The notes under the pieces are model-generated. The model saw only the letters and a program-made list of their open reading frames with translations, was not told the origin of the DNA and ran no database searches. DNA of 64,000 nt, taken from sequence record AP019418.1; one strand, 5' to 3'. The position numbers and the translations under genes are program-made. Of the stretch, positions 53,182 through 64,000 are shown one piece after another. Position 1 is the first letter of the stretch. Each line of letters opens with the position of its first letter.

Positions 53182-53343
53182 TTAAAACTTGATATTTAGA
53201 ACACGTTTAGCTATTATAATACCAACATATACTCCTAGTGCTATCTCCGCATATTTGGTGATGACGTTTTTAATCTTCTTATGTTTAGGTGCCTCGGGCA
53301 CATCCGCGATAAGTTTTTGAAGTTTAACTTTATCAATATTCAT
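53182..53343 (-). CDS. Small membrane protein
   Basis: Likely start 53343 (MNIDKV); C-terminal TM IALGVYVGIIIA. Confidence 0.65.
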   Translation of the reverse strand: MNIDKVKLQKLIADVPEAPKHKKIKNVITKYAEIALGVYVGIIIAKRVLNIKF

Positions 53344-53385
53344 TTGTATTTTCCTTTTTACGATTAATTGAAGGTTTAACAAACT

Positions 53386-53425
53386 CATTCAAATATAATT
53401 TTATTATCGTAATTATATTTGAATG
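53386..53425. repeat. Perfect 15-bp inverted repeat with 10-bp spacer
   Basis: CATTCAAATATAATT-TTATTATCGT-AATTATATTTGAATG. Confidence 0.85.
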
Positions 53426-53444
53426 GGGCCTCAGTGAGGCCCTA
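53426..53444. terminator. Terminator-like hairpin
   Basis: GGGCCTC-AGT-GAGGCCC hairpin. Confidence 0.65.
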
Positions 53445-53451
53445 TCCATTT

Positions 53452-53790
53452 TTACATCTTACGAACTGTATCGAATACTTGATTCGTATAGTCATCGCCA
53501 TAAATGATCGACAGCTTATTACGAATTACATCCAGTCGATGTTTTTCAATATTGCTCTCAGCAACAGCACTATCCATTGTCTCAGTCATTGCAGCATTGA
53601 CGAACATCATGAACTCATCTGATTCACCATACTCTTTTGAAATACTTTTAAACTGATCCCTGAAACCCATGAGTTTGTCAAAGTTGGCTTTAGTCTCTTT
53701 AGCCTTCTTGTAGATAACATACCCAGTTCCAGCCAGTGATGCAGTGGCCAGAAGAAAAGATACACCTTTTGCAATCGTATTGAATTTCAT
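53452..53790 (-). CDS. Membrane-anchored protein
   Basis: 112 aa; GVSFLLATASLAGTGYVIYKK. Confidence 0.75.
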   Translation of the reverse strand: MKFNTIAKGVSFLLATASLAGTGYVIYKKAKETKANFDKLMGFRDQFKSISKEYGESDEFMMFVNAAMTETMDSAVAESNIEKHRLDVIRNKLSIIYGDDYTNQVFDTVRKM

Positions 53791-53824
53791 AATAAATATT
53801 CCTATTTACTAATATTAAAACTAT

Positions 53825-54271
53825 TTAATAGTTTCTGAAATGTTCACAAGTCGTTACTTCTTTCAGTCGTTTGATGATGTAATCTCGACTTTTATTGAAT
53901 TGAAGTTTCTTTGCGTCATCCAGTTCATCCCATTGTGTAATTCTGGCCAGTTCAGGAACATTGTCATATTTTGCTTTGTTAAGTTTTTTAATCATGTCCC
54001 ATACATAGCAACCTTCGATAAACCACAAAAGACTCGTGTATGTATCCTTGTCAATTAAATTTACTCCATAAAGACTAAGGTCAACCTTGGCTTCTTCTGC
54101 CATTTTAATGGTTTTCTTATAATTATCAAATACATTGTGGAGGTTATGCTCTTCGCCACTGCTATCACAGTTTTCAATAGCTTTCATCAACTCCGGAAAT
54201 GTATCACTATAGAACTTGATCAATTTACGAGTAATCGCCTCTTGCACTTTCTGCTTTTTAGTCTTTGCCAT
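53825..54271 (-). CDS. Hypothetical early protein
   Basis: 148 aa; first gene after the early promoter at 54330. Confidence 0.75.
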   Translation of the reverse strand: MAKTKKQKVQEAITRKLIKFYSDTFPELMKAIENCDSSGEEHNLHNVFDNYKKTIKMAEEAKVDLSLYGVNLIDKDTYTSLLWFIEGCYVWDMIKKLNKAKYDNVPELARITQWDELDDAKKLQFNKSRDYIIKRLKEVTTCEHFRNY

Positions 54272-54329
54272 TTTATTTCCACCTATTTACATTAAGTTGT
54301 ATGATAATGTTTACAGTATTGTCACAAAT

Positions 54330-54347
54330 GTAATATACTGTTTAAAA
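54330..54347 (-). promoter_or_regulatory. Early (virion RNAP) promoter
   Basis: Minus strand reads TTTAAAACAG-TATATTAC. Confidence 0.8.
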
Positions 54348-54367
54348 TGGTTTGAATATACGACATA

Positions 54368-54391
54368 AAGCCTTCCCCTGAGGGAAGGCCA
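54368..54391 (-). terminator. Intrinsic terminator
   Basis: GCCTTCCC-CTGA-GGGAAGGC preceded by ACATAAA. Confidence 0.8.
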
Positions 54392-54394
54392 ATG

Positions 54395-54883
54395 TTAAAC
54401 CGATGAATCTATCCACGGTGGATAAACAACCACAATCTGGTTAGGCATGTGATTAGACCAATCTTCAATGATAGTTCTAACATCAGAGAAATCTAATCCA
54501 CCATTAGCACACCCTAGAGGTGGTATGATAATTTTCCAATCTGGATGAATACAGTCTTCTTCATTTTCCGCAGAATCCGATACGTTCTCCATCATCCACT
54601 CTAGACCACGTTCAATGAAACTAATTTGAGATGGGTTCCGCCAGTTATCCTTAGTAGGAAACATCATGAAACGTTTACCATCGGATGCTTTGTAAATAAC
54701 CGGATTACCAATAGTAATAATTCTCTTTTTGCAATCGTGTTTGTATCTTTCAAAAAGTTCAGGATACTTTTCTTTAAACGATTTGGCTAAACCAGCGCCC
54801 ATGACGCCAACAACATTAACAGTGATTAGATAAAGATCACCAGGTACATTGAATATATCTTTACCTATAATAAATTCAGCCAT
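54395..54883 (-). CDS. Macrodomain ADP-ribosyl hydrolase, DarG-like
   Basis: ITVNVVGVMGAGLAKSFK, FPTKDNWRNPS and IPPLGCANGGL motifs. Confidence 0.85.
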   Translation of the reverse strand: MAEFIIGKDIFNVPGDLYLITVNVVGVMGAGLAKSFKEKYPELFERYKHDCKKRIITIGNPVIYKASDGKRFMMFPTKDNWRNPSQISFIERGLEWMMENVSDSAENEEDCIHPDWKIIIPPLGCANGGLDFSDVRTIIEDWSNHMPNQIVVVYPPWIDSSV

Positions 54884-54963
54884 GATAATGGCTCCTTCTA
54901 CAAGAGTACTAATGAGAAGATCAAAACATAGACCTTCTCATTAGATTGGGTGCATTTCCAGGC

Positions 54964-55356
54964 TTATTGGATTTCTGGATTAGCGTTGTAGAAGCCAATA
55001 TAAGCCTTATTAAATTTCAAGTAATAATTATACTCTGAAGGCTCACCAGTTATTTCCCTAAATACCTTAGCAGTTATAACTTCGAACTTAGAACGCCGTA
55101 GCATTGGGAATAATTTCTTACTGCGCGATAGCTCACACAATCTAATCGAGATAGCTTGATCTTTAAATAAACCTGATTTAGTAAAGAAAGCACCTTCATG
55201 AAGCCATTGAATTACTTCATTGAAGTCTGCGCGCCATTTCTTATGCTCATTTAAAGTTTTACCATTTATAAGATACCATAAAGCTCTAACTTTAGATCCA
55301 ATAGTAAAAATACCTATTACCATTACTGCTAGACATATAGCAATTATAAATGACAT
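54964..55356 (-). CDS. Membrane-anchored protein
   Basis: Likely start 55356 (GGAGG RBS, MSFIIAICLAVMVIGIF). Confidence 0.7.
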   Translation of the reverse strand: MSFIIAICLAVMVIGIFTIGSKVRALWYLINGKTLNEHKKWRADFNEVIQWLHEGAFFTKSGLFKDQAISIRLCELSRSKKLFPMLRRSKFEVITAKVFREITGEPSEYNYYLKFNKAYIGFYNANPEIQ

Positions 55357-55517
55357 ATGTCCTCCTAAATACCATTGAAGATTAAAGTTCCTATTAGTGA
55401 GAGAATGAATAACACGACCACATGATGAAGTTTTATCCATGTTTCAGGTACTACCGGTTGTTTAGGTTTATTTAAAGGGATGTTTTCCATGTATATACTC
55501 CACATTAGTTCATATGT

Positions 55518-55534
55518 GTAATATACTGTTTAAG
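55518..55534 (-). promoter_or_regulatory. Early (virion RNAP) promoter
   Basis: Minus strand reads CTTAAACAG-TATATTAC. Confidence 0.75.
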
Positions 55535-55976
55535 ATCTTTCAAATACACCTTTCCAATTAGTAGGTCTTGGATAGGACCTAGGTAGTGATTCAGAATGTA
55601 TAATGAATCCCTCGATATCCCCTTCTTTTGTTTTAACAGCAACTATATCTTTGATAATACCTTTTATTTGTAATAAGCTATTCATAATCTCACGATAGAG
55701 TTGATCAAATCTATTTGCAATGATATTAGGATTTATTGGATAACCACAAATTGATTTATAGAAACTACACATTACATCATTGTATCTATCTGGAACACAT
55801 GTCCAAAAGAAATTATGTCGTTCTTTAATATAAAGAATGATCAAGTAGTTAAGATCATCTTCATCTTTTGCGGTATAATTAAAGTATTGTTTTAATTCAG
55901 AAAAGAATTGTTGTGACCACCTCACATCAACTCGTATAAATAGTTGTTCCATAATACACCTAAATAAACCCTCCAC
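55530..55976 (-). CDS. Hypothetical protein
   Basis: 148 aa, coupled to the upstream structural gene; the start may be the internal MEQLF. Confidence 0.7.
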   Translation of the reverse strand: MEGLFRCIMEQLFIRVDVRWSQQFFSELKQYFNYTAKDEDDLNYLIILYIKERHNFFWTCVPDRYNDVMCSFYKSICGYPINPNIIANRFDQLYREIMNSLLQIKGIIKDIVAVKTKEGDIEGFIIHSESLPRSYPRPTNWKGVFERS

Positions 55977-57942
<1,966 letters not shown>

Positions 57943-57946
57943 GGTA

Positions 57947-61002
<3,056 letters not shown>

Positions 61003-61034
61003 TTAAGATCATAAGATCATGGTCTAACAGCATA

Positions 61035-61062
61035 AAAGGGAGCCATGAAGGCTCCCCGTTAT
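61035..61062. terminator. Intrinsic terminator
   Basis: GGGAGCC-ATGAA-GGCTCCC with CATAA and TTATG flanks. Confidence 0.8.
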
Positions 61063-61067
61063 GTTTG

Positions 61068-63518
61068 TTACTTAATGGCACGATTCACAGCAGTGTTAAT
61101 TGCATTGGTAAGAGCTACAATGTAATCAACTAGAGCGGTGTGGTTTTCAGCCGATTGGCCAACAACTTCCCATACTGCACTAGCTAGTTGCCGGACTTTC
61201 TTTTTACCGGCTTTACTATCCATGCTAGCCACTTTAGAGATATCACGGTTAGCTTGGTCAAGACGACGTACACCGCGGTTACCGCTAACTTTTAGAGAGG
61301 CATTACCAAGACCAATTAGAACTTTAGAAAGTTTCATTAGTTCAGTAACGTCCTTACGGCTAACTTTAGCAGTAGCAGTACCGGTAGCACCCCATTCACC
61401 AGTTGGAAGTGCAATAGCAGCTAATCGTTCAATATCTTTACTAGTGCGACCAGTTACATCACGGCCAGACTTCTCGAAGGTAAAACTACCTTCTAGTTTT
61501 CCACTGATAAATGAACTCTCAGGATATTTCTTAACAGGTACTTCTAATTTAGTTGCTTCTTCTAGAGCCTTATCAATAGCTTCTTCACTATCAGCTTCAA
61601 TAGCAGTTGATAGGTGACCAACTAAACGTTCGATGTATTCACCATCGATTTTGAAGCATTTGTTAATAATATCGCTAATACGACGAACTTCTCCAGCAAC
61701 ACCGCGTACTAGATTATCATCACCTTTTAGAATACCATTAATTTTGATTTCTTTATTTTCAAAATTATCAGTATCTTTAAGCTTAACTAGAAGTTGGTCA
61801 GCTTTAGTATTAGCTGCGGCTAGTTCTTTTTGGTTAGCTTTAACATGGATGGATGCATTTGCACCTTCAGCAATGTTGTCGATAATATTTCGAACAAACT
61901 TACCAATAGTGTTATTAAATGATTCTAGTGAAGTAACCATCGCCTTATAGTAATCTTCTAGATTACCATAACCATAATCTTCCATTGCTGGAATACCAGG
62001 TGAATAGATATCAAAGGCATTGTGTAGACGTTCTAAGCAGCTATTAGCATGAACGATGAACTGAGGGCTATACTGTTTATGCTCTAGTCCATAATGCAGA
62101 ATCTCAAGCATTGATTCATTTGATGCCTGCTCTTCAAGTAATTGACCAATGGTCTTCTTACTGTCCTCAACTTCATCTTCAAGATCATCAGCTTCAGCAA
62201 CTGCCTCATCAGCAGCTTCATCTGCTTCTTCAACATCATCTTCAGTTACTTCTACATCGACATCTGGAATATCAATTTCACCTTCAGCTAACTTTTCTTC
62301 GATGTCATCTTCTGAAACATCATCATCAGCTTCAGCGACAATTGTTTCACTATCATCTTCAACTGCACCTTCTTCAATTGTTGGTTCAGCAATAGTAGAT
62401 GCTGTTTCAGTTTCAGCAACTGTTTCTTCAGTTTCAGCTTCATTAATTAATACATCAGTAGAATCACTGTCATCATTAGTTAATTCTTCTTCAGCTTCAT
62501 CCCGAACTTCTTCCAATTCGCTTAAGCCTTCTTCAGCTACTTCTGCTGTTTCGGCAGCTTCTTCTACAATTGGATCAGTTACAGCTACTTCTTCATCAAC
62601 TGCTACGATTTCATCTGGTTCAGCTTCAGCAGGAACACTTTCAGATTCCGCCTCTACTACTTCAGCTACTTCACTATCAGTTGTATCCGGCGTATCTTCT
62701 ACGGTTTCAACAACTTCTGTTTCAGCATCAGCTACAGCTGGTTCAGTAATTTCGACTTCTTCTGTTTCAGTGATCTCTGTCTCAGGTTCATCATTGGAAC
62801 TTTCATCAGCAGTTGTTTGCTCAGCACCGGCTTCTTCAGGAGTTACATCGTCATCAATACCAGGGACTGCTTCACTTACAACTTCACCAGCATCTAACAC
62901 TTCATCTGGTAGTGTATCCATGGTTGATGAAACAGGTTTATCACCAGCTGGAAGTTCCTCAGATAGTGGTGCAGGCGGTGGAGTTTCGTCACCAAGTGGG
63001 GTTTCTTCAGTGGGGGTTAATTCCACTGCTGTTTCACCAGGTGCTTCTGCAACAGGTACTAGTTCAGTATCATCAGCCGCATCTTGTGCAGCTTCAATAA
63101 TTTCAGTGGTTGAATCTAAAACCTCTTTACCGCCTTCAGAAATTGTACCGATTTCTTCAGCGATTTCAGCTTCAGCAACTTTAACTGCTTCTTCGCCTTC
63201 TTCGACACTAGTGGTAGCTAGCGGTTCAGGAATACTTTCCTCAACAACAGTTTCTTCTGGTACAACTTCTTCAACAATTACTGCTGACTTATCAGCAGCA
63301 TGTGCTGTTTCTTCATGTTCTTCAGCAGAGATAATATCAGTATCTGTTTTAACAGTTTCATTCTCAATAGTTGCAGATGCATCATTATCTTTCTTTAAAT
63401 CTTGAACTAGTTCATGATCATCTTTAACAGATGTCTCGACTTTGGATACATCCTGTTCCACAGCCGTACCATCTTGGTTCTCAAGGCTGGCTACATATTT
63501 GTGAATATTTACCATCAT
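61068..63518 (-). CDS. gp97: Inner-body/head protein with very long acidic propeptide (phiKZ gp97-like)
   Basis: 816 aa. About 450 residues are E/D/A/T/V-rich; VASLE|, PAME| and TSLE| are protease-type sites before a helical domain. Confidence 0.8.
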   Translation of the reverse strand: MMVNIHKYVASLENQDGTAVEQDVSKVETSVKDDHELVQDLKKDNDASATIENETVKTDTDIISAEEHEETAHAADKSAVIVEEVVPEETVVEESIPEPLATTSVEEGEEAVKVAEAEIAEEIGTISEGGKEVLDSTTEIIEAAQDAADDTELVPVAEAPGETAVELTPTEETPLGDETPPPAPLSEELPAGDKPVSSTMDTLPDEVLDAGEVVSEAVPGIDDDVTPEEAGAEQTTADESSNDEPETEITETEEVEITEPAVADAETEVVETVEDTPDTTDSEVAEVVEAESESVPAEAEPDEIVAVDEEVAVTDPIVEEAAETAEVAEEGLSELEEVRDEAEEELTNDDSDSTDVLINEAETEETVAETETASTIAEPTIEEGAVEDDSETIVAEADDDVSEDDIEEKLAEGEIDIPDVDVEVTEDDVEEADEAADEAVAEADDLEDEVEDSKKTIGQLLEEQASNESMLEILHYGLEHKQYSPQFIVHANSCLERLHNAFDIYSPGIPAMEDYGYGNLEDYYKAMVTSLESFNNTIGKFVRNIIDNIAEGANASIHVKANQKELAAANTKADQLLVKLKDTDNFENKEIKINGILKGDDNLVRGVAGEVRRISDIINKCFKIDGEYIERLVGHLSTAIEADSEEAIDKALEEATKLEVPVKKYPESSFISGKLEGSFTFEKSGRDVTGRTSKDIERLAAIALPTGEWGATGTATAKVSRKDVTELMKLSKVLIGLGNASLKVSGNRGVRRLDQANRDISKVASMDSKAGKKKVRQLASAVWEVVGQSAENHTALVDYIVALTNAINTAVNRAIK

Positions 63519-63617
63519 GTTAATATACCTTCTGTACAGAGTTTATGAGTTATGCTATTCGTCTTAGTCATAACTCCAAGCGACGAACGTTAACATTCAA
63601 AATATTGCGCTGGAATC

Positions 63618-64000
63618 TTACTTTAGATTTTCATCGCATACATTGAGTATGGCAGTCAAATTACGACATGTTAATTTAAATAGGTCGTGATAAGGAATAG
63701 CCAACCAATCAACATATGTTTCTACCAATGAAACAAGTTCTTGTATTTCTCTATCAGGTCGCCCTTCATTACGAGCACGTGTTAGTTCATCTCTAAACCT
63801 GATTAATGCACCTTTAAGAGTCCTTAACCGTTCATTTCGACGAGTACGCATTGATGCAGCATTTGCACGATTGATCTTATCAACTACCTTAACAACTCGA
63901 TCAATAATACTTTCAGTAACTTGATGGTTGAAATGTTCAAATTCTATTTCGACTGGTAGTGGTCTAGGGGTTTCTTCAGATGGAACTAACCGTGAAGAAA
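63618..64000 (-). CDS. 3' part of a head-region gene (gp96-like), 5' end outside the window
   Basis: The track ORF 63618..63851 frame is open at the window edge by hand translation (SSRLVPSEETPRPLPVEIEFEHF). Confidence 0.7.
   Translation of the reverse strand, partial: SSRLVPSEETPRPLPVEIEFEHFNHQVTESIIDRVVKVVDKINRANAASMRTRRNERLRTLKGALIRFRDELTRARNEGRPDREIQELVSLVETYVDWLAIPYHDLFKLTCRNLTAILNVCDENLK

Noticed and set aside
62149-63405. 418-aa plus-strand Ser-rich ORF
   Set aside because: It is the antisense shadow of GAA/GCT/GAT-rich codons in the acidic gp97 region, with no RBS or independent features.

Overview
This is a 64-kb slice of a phiKZ-like (Phikzvirus) Pseudomonas jumbo phage genome, AT-rich, with most genes on the minus strand. 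The identification comes from my recall of phiKZ proteins, not from a database search, and the gp numbers are inferred from recall plus gene order. Anchor genes are the gp144 endolysin (260 aa), the gp120 major capsid protein (747 aa, known maturation site GLE163|N), the gp118 DnaB helicase, the RNA polymerase subunits gp123 and gp149, the gp129 portal, the gp131-135 fibre family, the collagen-like gp146, the gp152 UvsX recombinase, the gp155 RNase H and a gp97-like inner-head protein. An accessory block of short early genes spans about 46.5-55.5 kb. The strongest new observation is at the end of the major capsid gene. Its UGA stop is followed in frame by 26 open codons (AGKGYRYLENGTIRYLEDGNARKLEE*) that end just before the terminator. 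Those codons also fold into a 21-bp mRNA hairpin starting 11 nt after the UGA, and they encode the same R-x-L-E-N-G repeat that ends another probable virion protein in this window. Together this suggests programmed stop-codon readthrough producing a tagged minor capsid isoform. Other leads are a structured non-coding region at 47.1-47.7 kb, a switch-like endolysin leader, a second spanin-like gene pair, a DarG-like macrodomain, an orphan XRE antitoxin-like gene, 2OG-Fe(II) oxygenases inside the fibre operon, and TATG-flanked terminators. I found no tRNA, CRISPR array, intein or transposase.
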